NCBI RefSeq assembly: GCF_000299355.1
Contig: NC_018664.1
Location: 2,991,993-3,023,992, forward strand
Length of the DNA stretch: 32,000 nt
Origin: Gottschalkia acidurici 9a
Lineage (GTDB): Bacteria > Bacillota > Clostridia > Tissierellales > Gottschalkiaceae
Direction of reading: 5' to 3'
In this document: piece by piece, positions 9,292 to 17,177 of the stretch
Layout of the letters: the number at the start of each line of letters is the position of its first letter
How positions within the stretch are numbered: position 1 is the first letter of the stretch
Notes under the pieces: generated by a model
The model's input: the letters and a program-made list of their open reading frames with translations, nothing else
Database searches by the model: none
What the model was told of the DNA's origin: nothing
Translations under genes and position numbers: made by a program

Positions 9292-9367
9292 TGGTGACCC
9301 ATCCGCGACTCGAACGCGGGACACCCTGATTAAAAGTCAGGTGCTCTACCGACTGAGCTAATAGGTC
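9292..9367 (-). tRNA. tRNA-Lys (UUU)
   Basis: 76 nt. Sense GACCTATTAGCTCAGTCGGTAGAGC..CCTGA-CTTTTAA-TCAGG..GTTCGAGTCGCGG..CCA. Confidence 0.9.
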
Positions 9368-9409
9368 TCATTTTGTTGCTGAGGAACTGCTCTCTTAGGA
9401 ACATATACT

Positions 9410-9460
9410 ATATTATAAAAAATTTATCTAAGTGTCAACACTTTTTTTAAAGTTTTTTGT
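9410..9460 (-). promoter_or_regulatory. Sigma-A type promoter with A/T-rich UP element for the tRNA operon
   Basis: Minus-sense aaaaaactttaaaaaaagtg-TTGACA (9438-9433). The -10 is either TAATAT (9415-9410) with a 17-nt spacer or TATAAT with a 15-nt spacer. The UP/-35 module is nearly identical to those of the rRNA promoters at 30.5-30.8 kb. Confidence 0.65.
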
Positions 9461-9479
9461 CGATTCTTTGATTTCTATG

Positions 9480-9584
9480 TTATGAACAAAGTTATCAACA
9501 GCTTATGGTGTTTATAATTGTCGTTTTTATCAAATTTAATGCTATTTTAACAATGTTATCAACATATCCACAAAGATATGCACA
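9480..9584 (+). promoter_or_regulatory. Cluster of five same-orientation DnaA-box-like 9-mers
   Basis: Matches to TTATCCACA: TTATgaACA 9480-9488, TTATCaACA 9492-9500, TTATCaACA 9556-9564, aTATCCACA 9564-9572, aTATgCACA 9576-9584. Function is not established. Confidence 0.35.
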
Positions 9585-9597
9585 ATAGTTATCTTTT

Positions 9598-10191
9598 TTA
9601 TGTGAATAAAAAATCTTTATAGTCATTTTTTCCTAATCTCATCTTATAATAGTATCCATATAAGGTATCTTTTTTAATAATAAAGTAATTCTTTGTATCT
9701 TCTAGTTGTATATCATTTAAATTAATGTCATTATTTTTCATAGTATATTCTTTAATTATCTTAAATCCACATTTTTCATAACATTTTATAGCTCTTATAT
9801 TATGTTTTGCCACATCTAGATACATAGTTCTCATATTCATACTATCAAAGTAGTATTTTAGTAATACTTTTAAAGCCTCTGTCCCATACCCTTTATTTAT
9901 ATACCTTGGATCAAAAGCTATACCTAGATTAGCCGTCTTCAAAAGTTTTCTAATATCCTTTATGCTTATAAAGCCAATAGTTTTTCCATCTTCATTTAGT
10001 ACGCCAAAACTTTCACAATCTTTTTGAGATGTTTTTATATCAAACCATCTTTTTATCTCGAAATCTTCTAATTCCGGAAAGTTGTAGTCATCGAAAAGTG
10101 GATCTTCATGATTCCCCCAACTTCTCATTTCATATACGTTCACTAAGTTTAAAGACTCTAAGTATACTTTCTTTCCTTTTATAGTAACCAT
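9598..10191 (-). CDS. GNAT-family N-acetyltransferase (RimJ/RimL-like)
   Basis: 197 aa. Acetyl-CoA binding motif region (IAFDPRYINKGYGTEALKVLLKYYF) and a conserved C-terminal block (NIRAIKCYEKCGFK). SD gagggagg upstream. Confidence 0.8.
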   Translation of the reverse strand: MVTIKGKKVYLESLNLVNVYEMRSWGNHEDPLFDDYNFPELEDFEIKRWFDIKTSQKDCESFGVLNEDGKTIGFISIKDIRKLLKTANLGIAFDPRYINKGYGTEALKVLLKYYFDSMNMRTMYLDVAKHNIRAIKCYEKCGFKIIKEYTMKNNDINLNDIQLEDTKNYFIIKKDTLYGYYYKMRLGKNDYKDFLFT

Positions 10192-10205
10192 TATAATCCT
10201 CCCTC

Positions 10206-10240
10206 AAATACTAGTTACATTTGAACCTGAACTAGTATTT
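10206..10240 (-). other. Hairpin immediately upstream of the GNAT RBS, sharing its stem sequence with the dnaB terminator
   Basis: aaatactagtt-N13-aactagtattt. Function unknown. Confidence 0.3.
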
Positions 10241-10242
10241 TG

Positions 10243-10297
10243 CAAAAAAATATTGTACTAGTTATCTATATCATCTATTTATAACTAACTAGTACAA
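10243..10297 (-). terminator. Intrinsic terminator after dnaB
   Basis: Minus-sense ttgtactagtta-N21-taactagtacaa stem followed by tattttttt. Confidence 0.7.
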
Positions 10298-10299
10298 CA

Positions 10300-11637
10300 C
10301 TATTGATTCTCTGCATACCTTTCCATGTTCAAGAATTTAGTATATTCACCCATAAATACTAAGTCTACAGTTCCAATAGGACCGTTACGATGTTTTGCAA
10401 TTATAACCTCTCCTATATTTTTCTTTTCTGAATCTGGATGATAGTACTCATCTCTATATAAAAACACAACTATATCCGCATCTTGCTCTATTGCTCCAGA
10501 CTCACGTAGATCTGATAGAATTGGTCTATGATCCGATCTTAACTCTGGCGCACGTGATAGCTGTGATAAAGCCACAACAGGGCAGTCCATTTCTTTAGCG
10601 AGACCTTTTAGTCCCCTAGATATATTAGATATCTCTTGTTGTCTATTTTCATTTCTTCCGTCTCCAGACATCAGCTGTAAATAGTCAATCATTACTAGGT
10701 CTAATCCTTTTTCAATTTTAAGTTTTCTACACTTTGCTTTAAGTTCCATTAAGGTTATTCCCGGGGTATCATCTATATATATTCCTGCTTGTGATAATGG
10801 CCCCATAGCTCTGACTAACTTTGGCCAATCATCCTCATTTAACTTCCCGTTTATAATTTTTTGTAACTCAACATGAGATTCCGCACTTAACATACGTTGA
10901 ACTAGCTGATCCTTGGACATCTCTAGGCTAAATATTGCAACTGATCCTTTTCCTTTTAACGCAGCATTTAATGCAACATTCAACGCAAATGCTGTTTTTC
11001 CCATTGCAGGTCTTGCAGCTACTAGTATTAAGTCTGATCTTTGAAGTCCTGATGTCTTATTATCTAAATCTATAAATCCTGTTGTAAGTCCTGTTATTCC
11101 CCCAGAACTTTGAGACAACTGCTCTATCTTGGTAAAGCTATCTAGAAGTATTGTCTTTATAGACTCTAGTCCTTCTTGATTTCGCTTTTGAGTTATATCA
11201 AATATCCTTTTCTCTGCTAATTCCATTATATTTTCTATATTTTCTTCATCTTCATAACCTTTTGCAATTATGTCATTAGAGGCCTTTATAAGATTTCTTA
11301 ATATAGACTTTTCCTCTACTATCTCACAATAGTATTTCATATTTGCCGTAGTAGATACACCTTCTGATAAATTAGCTAAATACATTATTCCACCTATAGA
11401 GTCTAATGTATTACGTTTCTTTAACTCTTCAGATAGTGTTATAAGATCTACAGGCTCATCTCTTGCAAATATGTCTGTTACAGCTTCATATATTTCCTTA
11501 TGAGCTTCTTTGTAAAAATCTCCAGGTCTTAATATTTCCGTACCTGTAACTATAGCTTCCCTATCTAGAATCATAGAACCTAAAACTGATTGTTCTGCTT
11601 CTATATTATGAGGAGGTATTTTACCTAAATTCTCCAT
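10300..11637 (-). CDS. dnaB: Replicative DNA helicase (DnaB family; called DnaC in Bacillus nomenclature)
   Basis: 445 aa. PPHNIEAEQSVLGSMI N-terminus, Walker A ARPAMGKTAFALN, Walker B-region MIDYLQLM, and SQLSR...DLRESGAIEQDAD motifs. Confidence 0.95.
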   Translation of the reverse strand: MENLGKIPPHNIEAEQSVLGSMILDREAIVTGTEILRPGDFYKEAHKEIYEAVTDIFARDEPVDLITLSEELKKRNTLDSIGGIMYLANLSEGVSTTANMKYYCEIVEEKSILRNLIKASNDIIAKGYEDEENIENIMELAEKRIFDITQKRNQEGLESIKTILLDSFTKIEQLSQSSGGITGLTTGFIDLDNKTSGLQRSDLILVAARPAMGKTAFALNVALNAALKGKGSVAIFSLEMSKDQLVQRMLSAESHVELQKIINGKLNEDDWPKLVRAMGPLSQAGIYIDDTPGITLMELKAKCRKLKIEKGLDLVMIDYLQLMSGDGRNENRQQEISNISRGLKGLAKEMDCPVVALSQLSRAPELRSDHRPILSDLRESGAIEQDADIVVFLYRDEYYHPDSEKKNIGEVIIAKHRNGPIGTVDLVFMGEYTKFLNMERYAENQ

Positions 11638-12012
11638 AATTTAATCTCCTATCATCAAGTAGTATAGAGTAAAAACATTGTCTAATAAATATCATACTTA
11701 GATATATTTTTTCCATTTAGTAACTTATTAGACAAGCAATATGTGAATGAGTTAAGACTCAATTTGCTATATATCTAGATCAAATGTATAACAGATCAAA
11801 CATATATTTTGATTCTTTACCTAAATACAAGATACTAAATGCATATATTAGCAATAGTATCTTGTATTTTTACAATGGCTATCCCTATATTAGGGATAGC
11901 TTGAAAGCTAAAAATTTCACCTTATAGATTAATTTTAAGGTATTTATACTTAGTATATTATTTAAAATAAAGTTTAAATAACCAAAGTATTCTATATAAT
12001 TTAAGCTTTATT

Positions 12013-12461
12013 CTATTCTTCTGTTACTTGTATCTTCAGCTCTGAAGTAACTGATGGATACACTTTTACTTCTGCAATAGTAGTTCCCATTGATTTTATA
12101 TTTCCGCCATCAATGATAATTTTTCTCTTGTCAATTTTTATATCGTGCTCTTTTTCTAAGATTTCACAAATATCTTTACTCGTAATCGAACCGAAAAGTC
12201 TACCATTTTCTCCTGCCTTAGTTTTTATTACTACTTTAGTATTTGAAATTTTTTCTGCTAATTCTTTGGCTTCTTTAAGTTCTTGTTCTTTTTTAATTTA
12301 TCTGAACCCTTTTTCTCATTTAATTCTTTTAAATTTGCAGTATTAGCTTCTTCCGCTAAATTTCTTGGAAATAAAAAATTTCTAGCATATCCATCCTTAG
12401 AATTTACTACATCACCTTTTTTACCTAGTCCTTTTACGTCTTTTAATAGTATTACTTTCAC
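12013..12461 (-). CDS. rplI: 50S ribosomal protein L9, reading frame interrupted (0 frame to -1 frame) at an A_AAA_AAG run
   Basis: GTG 12461-12459. The 0 frame gives [39 protein letters not shown]...KLKK, then 9 codons to TAG 12260-12258. The -1 frame is open from 12288 to TAG 12015-12013 and encodes [44 protein letters not shown]...[18 protein letters not shown] (L9 linker and C-domain). The span is 449 nt, one nucleotide short of a 150-codon gene. Confidence 0.85.
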
Positions 12462-14455
12462 TATTTCTCACCTTCCTCAAGATATTCTATAATAGCTTTC
12501 TTAAGCTTTTCTTCTGCCTGCTGGATAGTAGCATTTTCTATTTTAGCTCCTGCCACTGTCATATGTCCTCCTCCTCCTACTTTTTCCATAATGAATTGGA
12601 CATTTATATCATCAGTGGATCTTCCACTTATGTGTACTTTATCACCATTCTTAGCTAATACAAAAGAAGCTACTATTCCTTGTATATTTAATAGCTCATC
12701 TGCAACTTGAGCAGCTACTAATATACCTCCATCAGTATCCTTTTCTAGCTTTGATATAGCTATTCCTTCTTTAAAAATATTAATGTTTTTTATTATCTCT
12801 CCTTTAAGTATAAAGGTATCTATGTCATTTTTAAAGAGTTGTCTAACCTTTAATGTATCTGCACCTTTTTTTCTTAAAAAGGATGCTGCTTCAAAAGTTC
12901 TCACACCTGTGTTAACAGCAAAATTCTTAGTATCTACAGCTATACCTGCTAGAAGTGCATCTGCATCAAATTTTGTCATATATATATTCTCTTCGATATA
13001 GTATAGTAGCTCTGTGACAAGCTCAGAGGTAGAAGATGCATACGGCTCTACATAAGTTAAAATAGGATCTTCTATAAAGCTTGCACCCCTTCTATGATGA
13101 TCTATTACTGCTACTTTATCAACTTTATTTAAAATTGCTGGTACTTCTGTATGCTCTGGCATATGTGTGTCTACAACTATACATATAGAAGATTTATATG
13201 ACATATTTTTTATTTGATCATAAGTCACTATATCCTCTAAATAATCAGGTTGTTCTTTTTTAAACTCTTCATATATATTTTTTATAGAGAGATTAACGTC
13301 GTTTAATACTATATAGCATCTTTTCTTTTTATTCTTAACTGCTCTATATATTCCTATAGATGCACCAAATGAGTCCATATCCCCTATTCTATGTCCCATT
13401 ATAAGAACTACTTCAGATTGATTAATAAGTTGCTTTAGCGCATATGATATAACTCTTGCTTTTACCTTTGTTCGTTTTTCTAGTGTCTTAATTTTACCAC
13501 CGTAAAAACTTAACTCATCTACATCTTTGACAACTGCCTGATCTCCACCTCTACCTAGAGCTATATCCATAGCACCCCTAGCATACTCATAAGTATCACT
13601 AAGAACCTTTCCACCGATTCCTATCCCTATGCTCAGTGTCACGGGTATCTTATTCCCTAAGTCTATATGTCGTATCTCATCTAGTATCTCAAATTTATCA
13701 TTCTCTAGGATATTAAAGTATCTATTTTCGAATACAATCAAATACTTATTTCTATCAGTCTTTTTTATAAAACCATTAACCCTTTTTGCTAGCTTATTTA
13801 GCCTCTTATCTATTTCTGCTAATACACTTGACTTATATATCTCATCCGTATCTGACATTAGTTCTTCGTAATTATCTATATAGATAAATCCAATATCTAC
13901 TCTCTCACCCACATACTTGCATTGTAGATCTATATACTCCGTTCTATCAATAAAATAAAGCATAATCATATACTTTATTTTATTGTCACTAGATTCAGAT
14001 ATATTTGCCATATTGTATAGCACATCATAAGTTCTACTTTTATGAGTTACCTGTATTGGTATGTTTTCTTTGCTTATATTTATATCTTTTAAGTCGATTT
14101 CTGGAATTATTTCATAAATGCTTTCATTAATCATTTCTTTATTCTTAAACATCTCTGATGATTTATAATTATACCACACTATTTCATCATTATTGTCTAT
14201 CATTATTAGAGGAGTTGGCATATTTCCAATTGCATAGTGAGTTGCTATATCTATTTCTTTATTTCTCTTTTCTATATATTTTGAAAGTTCTCTATTTCTA
14301 TTAATCTTAATTTCATACAAATACAAAACTAGTATTATTATCACTATTCCTAACAGACCTTCGTTATAACTATATTTCATAGATAATATCGAAATAACAA
14401 AAGCTAGCATTACTATATAAAATCTATAGTCTGTGAGTAAGGAACCTTTCTTCAT
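12461..14455 (-). CDS. gdpP: GdpP/YybT-type membrane DHH-DHHA1 phosphodiesterase (cyclic-di-AMP phosphodiesterase family)
   Basis: 664 aa. Two N-terminal TM helices, a PAS-like region, a degenerate GGDEF region, a DHH motif (VIDHHRR), and DHHA1 with GGGH near the C-terminus. Sits in the conserved position between the yybS-like gene and rplI. Its TAG stop overlaps the rplI GTG by 1 nt. Confidence 0.85.
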   Translation of the reverse strand: MKKGSLLTDYRFYIVMLAFVISILSMKYSYNEGLLGIVIIILVLYLYEIKINRNRELSKYIEKRNKEIDIATHYAIGNMPTPLIMIDNNDEIVWYNYKSSEMFKNKEMINESIYEIIPEIDLKDINISKENIPIQVTHKSRTYDVLYNMANISESSDNKIKYMIMLYFIDRTEYIDLQCKYVGERVDIGFIYIDNYEELMSDTDEIYKSSVLAEIDKRLNKLAKRVNGFIKKTDRNKYLIVFENRYFNILENDKFEILDEIRHIDLGNKIPVTLSIGIGIGGKVLSDTYEYARGAMDIALGRGGDQAVVKDVDELSFYGGKIKTLEKRTKVKARVISYALKQLINQSEVVLIMGHRIGDMDSFGASIGIYRAVKNKKKRCYIVLNDVNLSIKNIYEEFKKEQPDYLEDIVTYDQIKNMSYKSSICIVVDTHMPEHTEVPAILNKVDKVAVIDHHRRGASFIEDPILTYVEPYASSTSELVTELLYYIEENIYMTKFDADALLAGIAVDTKNFAVNTGVRTFEAASFLRKKGADTLKVRQLFKNDIDTFILKGEIIKNINIFKEGIAISKLEKDTDGGILVAAQVADELLNIQGIVASFVLAKNGDKVHISGRSTDDINVQFIMEKVGGGGHMTVAGAKIENATIQQAEEKLKKAIIEYLEEGEK

Positions 14456-14464
14456 AGTTACCTC

Positions 14465-15409
14465 CTACAAGTTTTCCGCATCTCTAAGCTTTCTAAAGTC
14501 TACTAATGAATCTATTATACCTATAGAGAATAGTGCTAAGTTTAGAAAACCACTTAATATTATTATAACAACTAACAAATACTTAAGAAATCCTGCCATT
14601 TTAGCTTTATTCATGAGAAATACAACTAGTGACAGTCCTTCTAGTATGAATATATAAAATATTAGTACTACTACATTCAACATCATTTGTTCATAATTAA
14701 TATTTCCAAAATATCTTAGCAAAAATGTTAGTATAAATATAACTCCTAATCCGGACATAATATTTTTAGGGAAAATTAGTCTTGAAAAGTATGGTACATA
14801 TATATCTTCTCTTCCTAATTTCCTAAGTAATTTAGTTGGTATTAGGTAATTTATATATGCCACAACTGTAGATGATACTATTAGTAATGCTGGCATTAAA
14901 ACAACGATATAATTAGTCATATTATTTAAAAGACTTTTTATATTAGATATCTCATTTGGTGGAAAATTACCTTGCTTTAAGATCTCTTCACTCATTAACG
15001 CTAAAGAATTCTCAAGTCCTGTTACATAGTTTATACCCGTAATATACCATTCTAACCCCATATATATGATAGATGTCCCCAAAATTAAAAGAGTACTTCC
15101 TACCATAATTTGAGAAGGCTTATATCTTTTATTGATCATATATGTTGCACCTAATGATAGAATTCCGTACTCTATAAGTATAAGAACCGACTCAATAGAT
15201 CCACTTATGACTCCTACCAGGGCACATGATATAATTAAAGATATTATATTATACTTTATACCATTTTTAACTCCTATTAGAGTTAGTAATATAGGGTATG
15301 CTACTGCTATAATAGGCATTGATATTCCCATAACTCCTGCTATGGTAGCAAGTACTGTTATCATTAATACTTGAAAGGTAGTATTATTTTTATGCATATT
15401 TAAATTCAC
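14465..15409 (-). CDS. YybS-like polytopic membrane protein (DUF2232 family)
   Basis: 314 aa and highly hydrophobic, with many TM segments. Conserved synteny immediately upstream of gdpP, as in B. subtilis yybS-yybT. Confidence 0.65.
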   Translation of the reverse strand: MNLNMHKNNTTFQVLMITVLATIAGVMGISMPIIAVAYPILLTLIGVKNGIKYNIISLIISCALVGVISGSIESVLILIEYGILSLGATYMINKRYKPSQIMVGSTLLILGTSIIYMGLEWYITGINYVTGLENSLALMSEEILKQGNFPPNEISNIKSLLNNMTNYIVVLMPALLIVSSTVVAYINYLIPTKLLRKLGREDIYVPYFSRLIFPKNIMSGLGVIFILTFLLRYFGNINYEQMMLNVVVLIFYIFILEGLSLVVFLMNKAKMAGFLKYLLVVIIILSGFLNLALFSIGIIDSLVDFRKLRDAENL

Positions 15410-15411
15410 CC

Positions 15412-15726
15412 CTAATTTCTTCTTTTTATGTGATTCAATAAGTTAGTCAAATCTCCATACCACTGTTCAATATTATGCTCTTCTATACGTCCTAATTTAG
15501 CTTTATCTTCTATTTTGGCATCTATACTTTCAAATGATAGCCCTAATCTTTTCCCTAATAAGTATGTAATGAGTATTATATTTGCTATAATATCTAAAAC
15601 TAATTCTTGACTATTCTTAATTCCTTTAACCAAGGTCTCAAATAGTAATGCTATGGCAGTTAACAATTCACTTTTAAGCCACTCTATCATTTTTATATTC
15701 TTAGTTATATCTATTTTATTCCTCAA
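15412..15726 (-). CDS. Small all-helical protein, possibly of the MazG-like family
   Basis: 104 aa with no TM. Assigned only from my recollection of similar small MazG-like genes at this locus in Clostridia; not verified. Confidence 0.35.
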   Translation of the reverse strand: MRNKIDITKNIKMIEWLKSELLTAIALLFETLVKGIKNSQELVLDIIANIILITYLLGKRLGLSFESIDAKIEDKAKLGRIEEHNIEQWYGDLTNLLNHIKRRN

Positions 15727-15810
15727 AGTAATCCCCCCGCGAATATAGTATATATATTTAAGCTTATATTTATATTATAACAAATAAATGGTATAAAAAC
15801 TCCCCTAATA

Positions 15811-15839
15811 TACAAATAAAGAGGGGATATCCCCTCTTT
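15811..15839 (-). terminator. Intrinsic terminator after rpsR
   Basis: aaagagggga-ta-tcccctcttt stem followed (minus sense) by tatttgtat. Confidence 0.7.
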
Positions 15840-15840
15840 A

Positions 15841-16074
15841 TTAGTCTGTTGTATATGGTAATATAGCAATTTGTCTTGCTCTTTTTATAGCTATAGTTAA
15901 TTTACGTTGGTGTATAGCACAGTTTCCTGAAATTCTTCTTGGAAGTATTTTTCCTCTTTCAGTAACATATTTTTTAAGTTTATTTACATCTTTATAGCTT
16001 ATTTCGTTGTTGTTTTTATCAGCACAGAAACTACAAACTCTTTTTCTGCTTCTAAACTTTCTTCCACCTGCCAT
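15841..16074 (-). CDS. rpsR: 30S ribosomal protein S18
   Basis: 77 aa. ...RKRVCSFC...[50 protein letters not shown]. Confidence 0.95.
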   Translation of the reverse strand: MAGGRKFRSRKRVCSFCADKNNNEISYKDVNKLKKYVTERGKILPRRISGNCAIHQRKLTIAIKRARQIAILPYTTD

Positions 16075-16088
16075 TCTTATCCCTCCTT

Positions 16089-16535
16089 CTAGAATGGAAT
16101 ATCATCTTCGTCTACTGGATGAAATCCATCTCCAATAAATTCGTCTGACTCTGTTCTTGTATTTGAATCTATATTCGTATTTCTTGATGAACTGTCGTTC
16201 CATTCAAGAAACTCTACTCTTTCTCCAATTACATCTGTAGTATATCTCTTAGTACCATCGGCTGCAGTATAACTGCCCGTTTGTATTCTTCCTTGAATAG
16301 CCACAAGTCTTCCTTTGCCTAAGTAGTTAGCACAATGCTCTCCTTGTTTTCCCCATACTACTATATTTATAAAGTCCGCAGTAGGTTGTCCTTTACTTTC
16401 GAACTCTTGTCTTTTTTCTCTCGAAAGATCTTTGTCTACTGCTAAGGAAAATCTACATACAGCAGTACCACCATTAGGTAAGTATCTAAGTTCTGGATCT
16501 CTAGTGAGTCTCCCGATAAGTGTTGCACTATTCAA
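16089..16535 (-). CDS. ssb: Single-stranded DNA-binding protein
   Basis: OB-fold N-terminus [32 protein letters not shown] and acidic C-terminal tail DEDDIPF. I place the start at TTG 16535-16533 (SD ggaggtg 6 nt upstream) rather than at the track's upstream TTG at 16550. Confidence 0.9.
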   Translation of the reverse strand: MNSATLIGRLTRDPELRYLPNGGTAVCRFSLAVDKDLSREKRQEFESKGQPTADFINIVVWGKQGEHCANYLGKGRLVAIQGRIQTGSYTAADGTKRYTTDVIGERVEFLEWNDSSSRNTNIDSNTRTESDEFIGDGFHPVDEDDIPF

Positions 16536-16560
16536 TAAAAGCACCTCCAATGGCTCTTTA

Positions 16561-16857
16561 TTATTTTTCGTCTTCTCTAACTATCATATGTCTTATGATA
16601 CCGTCAGTGATTCTTGTAACTCTGTCGATTTCATCTATAACATCTGAACCAGCTTCAATGTTTAAAAGAATATAGTATCCTTCAGTTAAGTCATCGATTT
16701 CGTAAGCAAGTTTTCTACTTCCCCACTCATCTATGCTTAAAAGTGATCCATTAGTTTCTATTATCCCTTTAAATCTTTCTATTAAACCATTTCTTCTTTC
16801 TTCATCTACGCTTGGAGCGAAGATAAATACAGCTTCGTATTTTCTCATATTTTTCAC
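16561..16857 (-). CDS. rpsF: 30S ribosomal protein S6
   Basis: 98 aa. MRKYEAVFIF...IERFKGIIETNGS...WGSRKLAYEI...GYY. Confidence 0.95.
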   Translation of the reverse strand: MKNMRKYEAVFIFAPSVDEERRNGLIERFKGIIETNGSLLSIDEWGSRKLAYEIDDLTEGYYILLNIEAGSDVIDEIDRVTRITDGIIRHMIVREDEK

Positions 16858-16919
16858 CTCCCTGTGGACTATGCGGCCTCATATATTTCAATGAAGCAAG
16901 GATTTCTCTACATCTAGTT

Positions 16920-16948
16920 ATTATATCACTCAATGTACAATTTAACAA
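16920..16948 (-). promoter_or_regulatory. Candidate sigma-A promoter of the rpsF-ssb-rpsR operon
   Basis: Minus-sense TTGTTA (16948-16943), 17-nt spacer, TATAAT (16925-16920) with TG at -15/-14. It leaves a leader of roughly 55 nt. Confidence 0.55.
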
Positions 16949-16973
16949 GTATATTTATCTACTTTTCTAATAT

Positions 16974-17177
16974 TTATTTTTCATTGCTTTCTACACTGCT
17001 AAGAACTTTTTTTACTCTTCTGTTAAATTCCATCCTTGCTATCCATACTTGTCTATCACACCCTGTACATCTTATCTTTATATCTGCACCAGTTCTCATT
17101 ATCTCCCATCTATTTTCTCCACATGGATGACCCTTTTTAAGCTGAACTATATCCCCAACATTAAATTTTGCTATCAT
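16974..17177 (-). CDS. DUF951-family small protein
   Basis: 67 aa. FNVGDIVQLKKGHPCGENRWEIMRTGADIKIRCTGCDRQVWIARMEF matches my memory of the DUF951 signature. Its start overlaps the MscS stop (ATGA). Confidence 0.7.
   Translation of the reverse strand: MIAKFNVGDIVQLKKGHPCGENRWEIMRTGADIKIRCTGCDRQVWIARMEFNRRVKKVLSSVESNEK

Noticed and set aside
12113-12492. Plus-strand ORFs 12113..12346 and 12283..12492, antisense to rplI. Also the many other antisense ORFs in the track (1579..1776, 8442..8762, 12783..13001, 13629..13871, 14433..14657, 15132..15374, 16432..16647, 16933..17450, 17793..18062, 18516..18761, 20968..21273, 21475..21657, 31329..31708).
   Set aside because: Each lies fully inside a well-supported gene on the opposite strand. 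They have low-complexity, Phe/Leu/Ser/Ile-rich translations typical of the antisense of AT-rich genes, and they lack an SD.
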